Assembly: GCA_965202665.1 (NCBI GenBank)
Contig: OZ241841.1
Location: forward strand, 2,400,001-2,464,000
Direction of reading: 5' to 3'
Length of the DNA: 64,000 nt
DNA from: Candidatus Spongiisociaceae bacterium
GTDB lineage: Bacteria; Actinomycetota; Acidimicrobiia; Spongiisociales; Spongiisociaceae
The stretch's first letter is position 1; every line of letters begins with the position of its first letter. Under the pieces are notes generated by a model, which worked only from the letters and a program-made list of their open reading frames with translations, was not told the origin of the DNA and ran no database searches. The translations under genes were made by a program, and so were the position numbers. Positions 38,412-48,142 of the stretch are shown piece by piece.

Positions 38412-39496
38412 TCGCCGCGCCGGCGGGGGTGGACGAAACTCCGGTGTTGGCGGTGGACGAGGCGAAACTCCGCCGCAACATCGGGCGGATGGCTTCGGCG
38501 ATGAAAACGGCGGGGCGGGCCTTGCGTCCCCATTTCAAAACTTCCAAAATGATCCGGGTGGCCCGGATGCAGGCGGAGGCGGGGGCGGCCGGGTTCTGTT
38601 GCGCCACCGTCGCCGAATTGGATGCCCTGATCAACGCCGGTTTCACCGACCTGCTGTGGGCGCATCAGCCGGTGGGCCCCGCCAAAGTGCGGGCCGCCGT
38701 CGACCTCAACCGGCGGGCCCGGGTGATGGTCGCCTTGGATTCCGCGGAGGCCGCCGCCCCTCTCAGCCAAGCGGCCGTCGCCGCCGCCCTATCCGTCCCT
38801 TTTCTGCTGGAAGTGGACACCGGCCTGGGGCGGGCGGGGGTGCTGCCGGAGGAAGCGCCCGCCGCGGCCCGCCGTCTGGCCGGCCTGCCCGGGTTGGAAC
38901 CGGCGGGGGTGATGACCCACGAAGGCCATGTGTCCGCCCACGGCTCCGACCGCCCCGCCTTGGAAGAAGCGGGCCTGCGGGCGGGGCGGGCCCTGGCCGA
39001 AGCGGCGGACAACCTGCGGGCCGCCGGAGTAAAAGCCGACATCGTGTCGGTGGGTTCCACTCCCGCCGCCTCTTCTTCCCCGTTCGCCGACGGGGTGACC
39101 GAAGCCCGGCCCGGAACCTACGTTTTCCACGACGCCAACCAGGTGTTTTACGGGAGCGCCGACTGGGAGGACTGCGCCCTTACGGTGGTCGCCCGCGTCG
39201 TTTCCCGTCCCCGCCCGGGTGCGGCCGTCATCGACGCCGGTCGGAAAGCGATGAGTTCCGACCCTCCCCATGCCGGACGCGGATTCGGGACTTTGCCCGG
39301 CCGGGATGTCATCTTCGAACGGGCCTACGAGGAACACGGCGTCCTCGCCGGCCCCGGGGCCGACCGCCTGCGGGTGGGGGATCTGGTTTCCATCATCCCC
39401 AACCACGCCTGCCAAACCGTCAACATGTGGTCCGGGGCCGCCGTCGCCCGGGACGGCGCCGTAGCCGACCGCTGGGACATCGTCGCCCGCTACTGA
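38408..39496 (+). CDS. PLP-dependent fold-type III enzyme, D-threonine aldolase / D-serine dehydratase (DSD1) family
   Basis: RPHFKTSK (PLP Lys), EVDTGLGRAG, EARPGTYVFHD, EEHG, PNHAC; ATGA overlap with the fic stop. Confidence 0.88.
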   Translation: MIAAPAGVDETPVLAVDEAKLRRNIGRMASAMKTAGRALRPHFKTSKMIRVARMQAEAGAAGFCCATVAELDALINAGFTDLLWAHQPVGPAKVRAAVDLNRRARVMVALDSAEAAAPLSQAAVAAALSVPFLLEVDTGLGRAGVLPEEAPAAARRLAGLPGLEPAGVMTHEGHVSAHGSDRPALEEAGLRAGRALAEAADNLRAAGVKADIVSVGSTPAASSSPFADGVTEARPGTYVFHDANQVFYGSADWEDCALTVVARVVSRPRPGAAVIDAGRKAMSSDPPHAGRGFGTLPGRDVIFERAYEEHGVLAGPGADRLRVGDLVSIIPNHACQTVNMWSGAAVARDGAVADRWDIVARY

Positions 39497-39498
39497 TG

Positions 39499-42312
39499 TC
39501 AGGCGTGGGCGTCTATCAGACGGGGGAGGGAATCATCGGGGGTCATCACTTCGAAAGCCCAACGGCCGAAGCCGCCGTGGGCGTTCACCGCTTCTATCCA
39601 ATCCCGCATGTACGCCCATTTGGAGTCGTCCAACTCTTTCGGTTCGCCTTTCACTTCCAACACCAGGGTGGTTCCGTTTGTCAGCCGGATCAGAAAATCG
39701 GGTAGGTAGCGGCGCACCACCCCCCGGTGCGCATAGGACACCTCAAACCCCAGATGGTCGTTTTTGACCCACGCCTCCACCGCCGGATTCCCGTCCAATT
39801 CGGGGGGTACCACCGGTTCGAAAGTCCCGTCGTAAACGCAGAAGTTGATGTGGCTGCGCCGGGCGGGCCCCACCGCTTTCCCGGTGTACCACACCCTCAT
39901 ATCCCCGGTGGAGCGGATGGGCTTTTCCGGGTCGAACACCGGCGTCAAACTTTCCGTGTTGGAAGACTCGATCGCCTCCCAGAAATGTTGCACGATGCGG
40001 GTCATGTTCATCCCGATCAGTATCCGCCGCCGCAACGGATTCTGGTTCCACAGCCCGTTGATGACGATCCGGTCCGACTCCAGAAACTTTAAGGTGAGGG
40101 CCACCAGCCGGGCGCACAAAGTTGCCCGGGCGCCCGGCCAGTCGGGGGCCATCTGGTCGAAGATTTCCGCCGCCGACCCGAAGGCCAGCTCCTGCAAGCG
40201 CCGCTCGCCCCAGAACTTTTCCAAGTCGATGCGCACATCCGCTTCGTCCGTTTTCCCTTCCACGGTTACCGCCAAATCAGCCATAGTGGGCGTGTTGCGC
40301 GGGTCCAGTTCCAGCGGTTTCACCTTCTCCCAGTCCAAAGAAAGGCCGGTGCGGTACGCCCGTTCCACCCGTATCACCACCGGGAATTTGATTTCAAACC
40401 GGGCTTTTTCCGGCAAAGGGCCGATAGGGGTTTTCGGCTTCGGCGGCTTCGGCGGCCCGCTCTGCGACTCGTGGGGCAGAAACGTGAACGGCACCCCGAA
40501 AATATTCACGTATTCCGGTTCGAAAAACCCGTGTTCGTTCACTTCGTAGGAGGTGCGGCGCAACCCCCGGCCCACCACCTGTTCGCACAACAACTGGCTG
40601 GTAAAAGCCCGCAACCCCATAATGTGGGTGACGGTTTTGGCGTCCCACCCTTCCGACAGCATGGCCACCGAAATCACATGCCGTATCCGCTCGCCCGGAT
40701 GCCCCTGCCGCCCGATGGTGTCCACCTGCCGCCGCAAGAGTTCGGCCCGTTGCTTTGCGTTCAGTTCCCCCGGCCCGTCTTCCGCCTCTTCCGCGCCCAG
40801 TTCGGCGACCGGGGTTTCGCTTTCTTCCGCCTTTTTGAGAGTGTTGGAGTCGATATGCAAAGTCAGTTGCGGGTCGCATAGTTCCGGAACCGGTATCCGC
40901 CCCCGGTCGAAGGCGTGTTTGACGCGGGCCGCCGTTTCAGTGCGGTTGGCGACGGTGATCATCACCGGCGGCGTCGGATGCTTCAACTCCTCCCAGGCGC
41001 GCCGGGCGGCCGCCCAGTCGGATCCGAGCAGGGTGTAGCCCGCCACCACCAGGTCGGGCAGCGGAGCTTCCGCTTTCGCCCGCCGGTTCAGGTCGGCTTT
41101 CACATCCTCATCGTTGTAAATGTGATACAGCCGGGATTTGAAAGTTTCCGGATCGTATTGCGTGTCGTCCCGCACTACCACCCGCGGCGTTTTCACCAAC
41201 CCCGATTCGATGGCGTCGTTCAGGCTGAAGTCGCTGACAATCCACCCGAACAGGGCTTCTTCGCTGGCTTTCTTACCGGAGGGGACGAAAGGGGTGGCGG
41301 TGAAGTCGTAACAGCGCAGGATGCCCCGCGCCCGATGCAGGCGGTCCAGCGCCTCCACCCATTTGGTGGCTTCCTCCAGGTCTTTTTTGAAAAACTCGTT
41401 TGCTAAGCGGCCGGGGGGTATGCGCCAGGCGTGATGGGCTTCGTCGTTGATGACCAGCAGATTGCGGGAGCGGGACATTTCGTCCCCCAGCGCTTCCCGC
41501 ACCCAAGCCTCATCGCTTTTCGCCCCCCGTTTGTCCACCGACCGCCTCCTTTTAATCTGCTCTTCGGTCTGCCAGCCCAAAGCGTGCCAGTTGCGCACCC
41601 GCACCCGCCCCTGCCGCAGGCGGTCCCGCAGGTTGGAGGGAACCAGGTCGAACTCGTCGAAGTAGTTGTCCGCATTTTGGGGGTCGATAACCGACAGTCG
41701 GCTGCGCACCGTCAGTCCGGGGGCCACCACCAGCACGTTGCGTGAGAAGCGGGGGTCGTTGGGATGGGTCACCTTGTTGAGAATCTGCCAGGCGATGACC
41801 ATCCCCATCACCACCGTTTTTCCGGCACCGGTGGCCATTTTGCAACATTCCCGAACGAACCCGCCCCCGTCGCCGGGAACATCGATTCCGGTGCGCTCCG
41901 AGTGGGGGGCTTCTATCAGCCACATCAGGGTTTCGATGGCTTCCAACTGGCAGAAGAACAGGCGCTTGTCATCGACTCCCCGGTTGCGCCAATGTTCCAA
42001 CAGGCGCCGGGTGACGCCGGTGGCCCCCGGATAGCCGGCCCGCCGCCAAGCAGCCACCCGCGGGCGGATGCGGTTGACCAGTTCTATCGGATGGAAGACG
42101 CCCGGGTCGTCGAAGGCCTGGGAGTCGGGGGTGGCCACCAAATATCCGGCTTCGCGGCGCCCTTCCACGTATTCGAATTCCCGCCCCGCCCGGTTGTAGC
42201 GCCAGTGGCTGGAAGGTTCGTTGTAAGGGGAGTTGACGATTAACCGGTCGATGCCGCCGGTGTGGGACAGGCCCCGTTGCGCCCCCTCGGTCGGCGGGCC
42301 TTTTTTGGCCAT
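39499..42312 (-). CDS. res: Type III restriction enzyme Res subunit (BPTD_3080-like)
   Basis: KMATGAGKT, INDEAHH, MLSEGWD, EQVVGRGLRR helicase motifs; C-terminal YLPDFLI...LEVKG PD-(D/E)xK nuclease; start overlaps the mod stop (TGATG). Confidence 0.92.
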   Translation of the reverse strand: MAKKGPPTEGAQRGLSHTGGIDRLIVNSPYNEPSSHWRYNRAGREFEYVEGRREAGYLVATPDSQAFDDPGVFHPIELVNRIRPRVAAWRRAGYPGATGVTRRLLEHWRNRGVDDKRLFFCQLEAIETLMWLIEAPHSERTGIDVPGDGGGFVRECCKMATGAGKTVVMGMVIAWQILNKVTHPNDPRFSRNVLVVAPGLTVRSRLSVIDPQNADNYFDEFDLVPSNLRDRLRQGRVRVRNWHALGWQTEEQIKRRRSVDKRGAKSDEAWVREALGDEMSRSRNLLVINDEAHHAWRIPPGRLANEFFKKDLEEATKWVEALDRLHRARGILRCYDFTATPFVPSGKKASEEALFGWIVSDFSLNDAIESGLVKTPRVVVRDDTQYDPETFKSRLYHIYNDEDVKADLNRRAKAEAPLPDLVVAGYTLLGSDWAAARRAWEELKHPTPPVMITVANRTETAARVKHAFDRGRIPVPELCDPQLTLHIDSNTLKKAEESETPVAELGAEEAEDGPGELNAKQRAELLRRQVDTIGRQGHPGERIRHVISVAMLSEGWDAKTVTHIMGLRAFTSQLLCEQVVGRGLRRTSYEVNEHGFFEPEYVNIFGVPFTFLPHESQSGPPKPPKPKTPIGPLPEKARFEIKFPVVIRVERAYRTGLSLDWEKVKPLELDPRNTPTMADLAVTVEGKTDEADVRIDLEKFWGERRLQELAFGSAAEIFDQMAPDWPGARATLCARLVALTLKFLESDRIVINGLWNQNPLRRRILIGMNMTRIVQHFWEAIESSNTESLTPVFDPEKPIRSTGDMRVWYTGKAVGPARRSHINFCVYDGTFEPVVPPELDGNPAVEAWVKNDHLGFEVSYAHRGVVRRYLPDFLIRLTNGTTLVLEVKGEPKELDDSKWAYMRDWIEAVNAHGGFGRWAFEVMTPDDSLPRLIDAHA

Positions 42313-44890
42313 CAGCCGGCTCGGTCGTCCAAACTGAGCAAACGCAGGCTTTCCACCCCCCGGTCGTCCACCACTTTCACCGCGACCCGCCGATGTTCGC
42401 CCGCCGGAAACGGCAACGAAACCGTGCCCCGGTAGGCCTCAATGCGGGACTGGTCTATTTGCGCCCGCAAGGTTTTAGCCAGCCTGTTCCACCCCCCGTT
42501 TTTCTTAGTTCCGTCCAGAGGGAAAAACACTTGGCGGGGAAATAGGCTGCGCCCGTCGTAGTCGGGATCCAGCATCCACACCGCGATCTTGTCCGCCCCC
42601 CCGGAGGTAACCTGCCCGGTGCGGGTATCGAAGTAGTCAAACCCCAGCACTTCCACCAGAAACTGCCCGTCGTCGGTGCGTTCCAGATGCACATCAGGCT
42701 GGCCGACCAACCAAAAACTCTCGTTGCCCGAACGGGCCTTCTTCAGGTCTGAGGTGAGCAGGTCGGCGTTCATCTGCGCCCGCAGCAAGGTAACGCCCGG
42801 CCAGTTGGTTTCCTCAATGTCTTTGGCCGCTTCCGGGTCAAACATGAAAGCGGCGAAAACCAACAGTTCCGGTTTGTGCGCCAAGGTGCGGGCATCTTCG
42901 ATAGCCCGTTCCACCTGCCGAGTTTCCAGGGGAGAATGCTCCGGCCCAAACGAAACCGCCAACCGAGACCCGTCATCGGTTTCACCTTCGGCATGCAAGG
43001 CGGGAAGAGGCAAAGGTTCCAGCCGGATCAGTTCGATACGATTCCCACCCGTTCCCCGCAACCCGGTCTTCAGCAGTTCATCCCGCCATTCAACCTGCCG
43101 TACGGATTCTCTACTTCGCGAAACTGATGCATCAGATGGGGGGGGGGGGTAGCGATTCCAGCGGATCTGCCAATGGCAGTACAGCAGGAGCAGGAACCGC
43201 CTCCATCGTGAAAGGACCGGTAACCCTTGTTTTACCGGTGTCTTTCAAAGGTTGGTCATATAGGGTTGTAACTTGAGGTGGTTCATCATAGGCTAGAATT
43301 CTCGCCGAAACTTTAGGCACCGTTTTGTAGACGAACCCACTCCCTACCCCCTCATCTGGTTGAGCTAACTTATAGTAATCAAAAACGGATGTCATAAGTC
43401 GCTGGCGAGCCAGAGTGAGTGCCACTCGGCTAGTGTCGCAAGTAATCCAACGCCGTCCCCATTGTTCCGCTACTACCGCAACAGTGCCACTCCCACAAGT
43501 GGGGTCTAACACTAAATCACCAGGGTCTGTAGTCATTAATATGCACCGTGTTATTACACTACGGGCTGTCTCTACTATATATTGTTTATTGTGAGCTGCC
43601 ATAGGGGTGTTCCAGAAATTATTGATTCTCCGTCCTGGTACTTCGTCCTCATAATACTTATACCTAAGGTTATCTGAGGTGTCTAAAGAATGGAGTCGTC
43701 CTAATTCTGCTAAGTGATCTAGGCCTTTTTTAGATACACTCCACTGGCTATTGGATCGACAATGGTACATCTTACCGTTCCATTCATAGGGTTCGGAACG
43801 GCCAGTTGTTGACCAGCCTTGAGAAGTTAAACTTACGCGTTGAAAAATTCTTGCATCTTTAGGTAAAATATCAGGATCAAACCTCTCCTCGTTAGTTAAT
43901 TTACGAATTGCACCATCTGCTAACTCAAGAAAGACATAAGAGCTAAAAAACTCAATTATTTCCTTTCGATTAATAAGTTGTTCAAATAGATGATGATATT
44001 TTACTAAAGATCTATCTTTCGTATACCACAGTAGATAGTTTGCTACATCTGGTAAAGTATTGCCAGAGCTCCCTCCTGAAGTTGCATAGCTTATAATAGT
44101 AACGCGGTTTTCAGCTCCAAATATTTCATCCATCAGTAATCCAACTCGTAATATATTTTCATCGCCTATTTGTACGAAACAACTGCCTGATGGAGTGAGT
44201 AGTTCGCGGGAGAGCAATAATCTATCTCGCAAATAAGACAGATAGGAGTGGATTCCCATTTCCCAAGTATCTCGGAAAGCTTTAATCATTTCCGGTTCGG
44301 TAGTTAGGTGTTCCCCCTTGCCATCTTTTACTTGGTTCTGATTGACGAAGGGCTGGAAGTTGGAGCCGTATTTGATGCCGTAGGGGGGGTCGATGTAGAT
44401 CATCTGGACTTGACCGCCCAAGGATTCTTTTTCCAGGAGACTGTTCATCACCAGCAGGCTGTCTCCCGCAACGAGGCGGTTGCTCCAGTTGTGGGGGTGC
44501 CGGTAGAACTCGATGGCTTTGCGCAGGGGAGGATTTTCCTCCTCTGTCTCAAACAGGGACTCCTGCCCCTCCGGGTGTCCGTTGCGCTTGCGCACCGCCT
44601 CCATGATGGTGCGGGGATCGATCCGCTCGTGGACATGCAGGGAGACGGTAGGGACGGCGAACGATGCCCCCTCCGCCTTGCCCGCCCAGTTCAGTCGGGG
44701 GTCGATATGCGGGTCATGATCCGCCGGGTGGTTATAGGGGGGGGGGGGGTGGCTTCGGGTGCTCGTAGGTTTGGGCGGGCAGGTCGGGATCGCCCTCCGC
44801 CGTCACCAAGCCCGCGGGCGGGTTGTTGGTGCGCTCCTTGTCGGAATGCGTATAGCTCTTGATGGGCTTGGTCGTCTTGGGCTTGGCCAT
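42312..44890 (-). CDS. mod: Type III adenine methyltransferase Mod, split into three frames by two poly-C tracts (phase-variable or frameshifted)
   Basis: Frame 1 MAKPKT...HPKPPPP; frame 2 DPRLNWAGK...VPTVSLHVHERIDP...DPPY...DPTCGSGT...GPFTMEAVP; frame 3 SDASVSR...EWRDELLKTG...VAVKVVDDRGVES. Removing one C from each tract gives a single 858-aa ORF. Confidence 0.9.
43138..43149 (-). repeat. C12 homopolymer in mod (G12 on +); in frame at 11 or 14
   Basis: Coding strand CTA-C12-ATC-TGA; the conserved continuation requires CTA-Cn-A-TCT. Confidence 0.9.
44737..44749 (-). repeat. C13 homopolymer in mod (G13 on +); in frame at 12 or 15
   Basis: Coding strand CCA-C13-TA-TAA; the conserved continuation is TAT AAC CAC...GAC CCC CGA CTG AAC TGG. 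Confidence 0.9.
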
Positions 44891-45011
44891 AGGTTGCAAA
44901 CAGTACACCTGAAAGCCTGCTCTCGTAGCCAATTTGACAGATTTCTTTAAATATCGTAGAATATGGGAATAATCTACTCAACCAAGTAGTTATACTCTAC
45001 ACAAATAAAAA

Positions 45012-45033
45012 TGTCACACCCCCCTCCTAAGGT
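45012..45033 (+). promoter_or_regulatory. RecA-NDp/PafBC-like DNA-damage promoter (TGTCAC-N10-TAAGGT)
   Basis: Spacing matches the actinobacterial TGTCGG-N10-TAnnnT motif; ATG at 45041 is 7 nt downstream. Confidence 0.6.
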
Positions 45034-45040
45034 AAACACC

Positions 45041-46315
45041 ATGCAACACCACAACCACAAACCAACCGATACGCTGGAACGGGACTGCCAGCGGGCACTG
45101 GCCTCGCTGGACGCCCTGGGCGGGCGCCTGCGTAACGGGCCCGGCCAGGCGGAGTTGGACCGGTTGGCGGATACGTTGCGGCGGGCGGAGGCCAAGGTCG
45201 CTTCCCTGAAATGCGACCTGGCCGCCCAGGTGACCCGGATGTCGGGGGAGGCCGCTACTCGGGACGCGTTGCGGGATCAGTTGGGGATGACCAACCATCA
45301 GGCCAAGCACTTGACGCGGGTGGCGGACACTTTGCGGGAGATGCCCAACACCCGGGCCAAACTGCAGGCGGGGGAGATCACTTTGGAAAACGCTACGGCC
45401 CTGACCGCGGCGGCGGGGGAGGTGGGAGCTGCGCAGGTGGATAAGAACCGGGGTTTGCTGGAAGACGCCGCGCAAGCTAATCCGGATCATTTCCGCAAAC
45501 AGGCTAAGCAGTGGGCCAACGCCCGTTCCGCTGACCGGGGTGAGAAACTGTTGGAGCGGCAGCGGCGGATGCGGCATGTGAAGCTGTTCACCGAACCCGG
45601 CACCGGCATGGGCATTTTGCATGCCGAGTTGGACCCCATCCGCTTCGGACAGATACGGCAAGCCCTGGACCTCCACGCCGAAAAGCTACGGCGGGCCGAC
45701 TCCGGCGGGGACATCCACCCCGATGATATTCGCACCCATATGCAACGACGGGCTGACGCCCTAGTGGAACTGTTGACCGGCCGCGACGCCGACACCCTGC
45801 ATCCTCTTTCCGACAACAAGTCGGGTAATGTTACTCAGTTGGTGGTGGTAGCCGACTTGGGCCTGTTGGACGGAACCCGCCCCGACGGCGACTGCGAAAT
45901 CCTGGGAACCGGACCAGTACCGCCGTCCGTTCTGGAAACCCTCACCCCCGACACCAACATATGCGGAATCATCTTCGGAGGCAAAGGCCGGACGCTGTGG
46001 CTGGGACGCAACAAAAGACTGGGCAACGACGCGCAACGGCTGGCGGCCGCGGTACGGGATCGGGGATGCGTCCGCTGCGACCTTCCCACCCACTCCAACC
46101 AGCTACACCATATAAAGGACTGGTACGACGGGGGACCCACCGACATCGACAACCTGGCCTCGCTCTGCGGAACCCACCACCGGGAACTCCAAAAACACAA
46201 CCTAAAATTGGAAAAAATTGGAAAAAACTGGCAAACCCGCCCCCGAACCGGGCCGCCTCTCCCTCCGCCGCCTCGGTCAACCCGGCCGCCCACCCGAGCC
46301 GGCCCCAGCCCATAG
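45041..46315 (+). CDS. DUF222/13E12-like protein with a C-terminal HNH endonuclease
   Basis: Helical N-terminus (LQAGEITLENA; QRRADALVEL), LWLGRNKRL...QRLAAAVRDRGCVRC...LHHIKDW.DGGPTDIDNLASLCGTHHR. Start chosen from the promoter position. Confidence 0.88.
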   Translation: MQHHNHKPTDTLERDCQRALASLDALGGRLRNGPGQAELDRLADTLRRAEAKVASLKCDLAAQVTRMSGEAATRDALRDQLGMTNHQAKHLTRVADTLREMPNTRAKLQAGEITLENATALTAAAGEVGAAQVDKNRGLLEDAAQANPDHFRKQAKQWANARSADRGEKLLERQRRMRHVKLFTEPGTGMGILHAELDPIRFGQIRQALDLHAEKLRRADSGGDIHPDDIRTHMQRRADALVELLTGRDADTLHPLSDNKSGNVTQLVVVADLGLLDGTRPDGDCEILGTGPVPPSVLETLTPDTNICGIIFGGKGRTLWLGRNKRLGNDAQRLAAAVRDRGCVRCDLPTHSNQLHHIKDWYDGGPTDIDNLASLCGTHHRELQKHNLKLEKIGKNWQTRPRTGPPLPPPPRSTRPPTRAGPSP

Positions 46316-46359
46316 CGGGCGCCATTCCCAACTGGGGGGCAGGCGTAGCGCGCTGGCAA

Positions 46360-46456
46360 TTGGCTTCGGAAGTTTTTGGACATCATCGGGAGTTGCAGGA
46401 ACACAACCTGGATTTGGTTCGAGTCGGTATCGGTAACAGATAGCAAAACCCGCCCG
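46360..46456 (+). pseudogene. Degenerate second copy of the HNH C-terminus
   Basis: LAS.....HHRELQEHNLDLVRVG...*Q versus LASLCGTHHRELQKHNLKLEKIG..WQ at 46154-46242; both end in acccgccc. Confidence 0.7.
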
Positions 46457-46471
46457 CATATAATGGGTGCC

Positions 46472-46681
46472 ATGCTGACCATATTGACCGCAGCCGAACA
46501 TAACCGCATTGAGGAGGCTATCCGAAGCTGGCGCGCCGCCCCTTGCTGAAACTGCGGTATGACATCGGGCAAGCCCGACGAATACGTGACCGTCTCCAAC
46601 ATTTTGCACGACGCCACGGCCTCCCATCAGCGGCGGGCAATTCAAAAAAAACTGGCCCCGGAGTTGCGCCGCGTCCGATAG
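46472..46681 (+). pseudogene. Possible small leaderless gene with an in-frame TGA inside a C-*-N-C motif
   Basis: TATAAT (46459-46464) is 7 nt before the ATG; MLTILTAAEHNRIEEAIRSWRAAPC*NCGMTSGKPDEY...LRRVR*. Confidence 0.3.
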
Positions 46682-46950
46682 CGGGACGGCCATGTCGCTC
46701 ATTACAAACCCGGAACATACCCGGAACAGATTTGACGGGTGATCCCTCCGCCATTGGCCCCATGCTCGGCGTGGATGACCCCGACCCTTCCGCTCTCAGC
46801 GCGGAGCGCGGAACGCAACGGGCCGCGCCGCGTTCCCGGTTCGGTCCGCCCGATGGGGTAAATCAACCCCAAGAGGCCGCGGAGCAACCGGAATACGGGG
46901 GGGGGGGGGATAATTCCCGGTGGCCCCGCTGACCGGGCGAGCCAAACCCG

Positions 46951-47077
46951 GAACGCGAAAAATATCTCTAACGACCCCCTTGAATTTTCAACAAAAAACT
47001 CGTATGTTATGGGCGGGAGGGCGGGGGGCGGGTGGGCCCCCCGAATTTTAAAAATTTTTGAGAACGCGAAAAGTTTT
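46951..47077 (+). repeat. Intergenic direct repeat, copy 1 (core only)
   Basis: gaacgcgaaaaatatctctaac...ttgaattttcaacaaaaaactcgtatgttatgggcgggagggcggggggcgggtggg...gagaacgcgaaa. Confidence 0.9.
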
Positions 47078-47169
47078 CTTATTCGGCGGGGCGTGCATCA
47101 CCAAAATTTGGGCAAGGGAGGTGCGGTTCGGGCGCTGGCCGCCTCCTCATTCTACGCGGGAAAATCCAA

Positions 47170-48142
47170 CTGAAGGCCTCCTGGTGTTATGGGGAGTGAA
47201 TGAACCCTATAGCACGGGAGGAGGTCTTCGGGATGCATGGTAACGCGAGGTCATCGCCTTTGGGACGTTTGGGGATGGTGTTGCGGGTGCTAGAAGAAGG
47301 AGAGCCGGTGGCGCGGGTGGCTCGGCGGGGTGGGCATGTCTCGGCAGTGCGTGTCCAAGTGGGTGCGTCGCTACCGGGAGGAAGGCCGAGCCGGTTTGGA
47401 GGACCGGTCGTCGCGGCCGCGTTGTTCCCCCATGCGCACCAGCCCGGCGGTGGAAGAACAGGTGTTGCGGGCGGGGCCGGGCCGGTTGTCGGTGTTTACG
47501 GGGTGCCGGAGCGGACGATCAGCCGTATCCTGCGCCGTCATGGGATGTTGCGTCTGTGGGAATGCGACCTGTTGATCGGCGAGCCACTCAAACCCCCTCC
47601 CAGGCCGGTGGTGCGGCATGAACGGGGCAGGCCGGGGGAGTTGTTCCATACCTCCCGGCGGGGGATGGAGGATACATGGCCGGGGAAACGCTCCGGGGGG
47701 ATGGACCTTTGTGCACTCTGTCGTGGACGACTGCACCCGCCTCGCCTACTCCGAACCGTTGCCGTACGAGGAAGGAACCACCGTCGCCGCGTTCACCGAC
47801 CGCGCCTTGCACACCTTCCGCCAACTGGGCATCACCGACATCACCGACATCACCGACATTGTGGAGATCATGACCGACAACCATTGGAGATACACCCGCA
47901 GCCGCCTATTCGCCGTCCTGCTCGCTCAGCACGACATCCGTCATATCACGATCAAAACCCTATATACCCAGCAGAACGGCAAAGTGAACGATACAGCCAA
48001 ACCCTCAAACCAAAATGGGTCAACTCCCAACCCTGGCCGGATAACCAAACCCGAAACCAAGCCCTCAACCACTGGCTCCACTACAGCATCGGAGGCAAAA
48101 CCACCAATCTCCAGACCGTAACCAACCTACCGGCCATGTACA
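47170..48142 (+). mobile_element. Degenerate IS481-family element (frameshifted transposase from ATG 47233)
   Basis: Leader hairpin gaaggcctcc...ggaggtcttc; MHGNARSSPLGR; SRQCVSKWVRRYREEGRAGLEDRSSRP; VHSVVDDCTRLAYSE; IMTDN; QQNGKV; right end ...VTNLPAMY ending in ACA at 48142. Motifs fall in several frames. Confidence 0.85.

Noticed and set aside
42312-44981. Three or four separate genes upstream of res
   Set aside because: The pieces are consecutive parts of one Mod protein joined exactly at the homopolymers.
46154-46456. DGR template/variable repeat pair
   Set aside because: Differences are not confined to adenines, include indels, and no reverse transcriptase is present in the window.
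47830-47859. 9-bp triplication (catcaccga) in the IS481 remnant
   Set aside because: Local slippage in a dead transposase; no functional implication evident.
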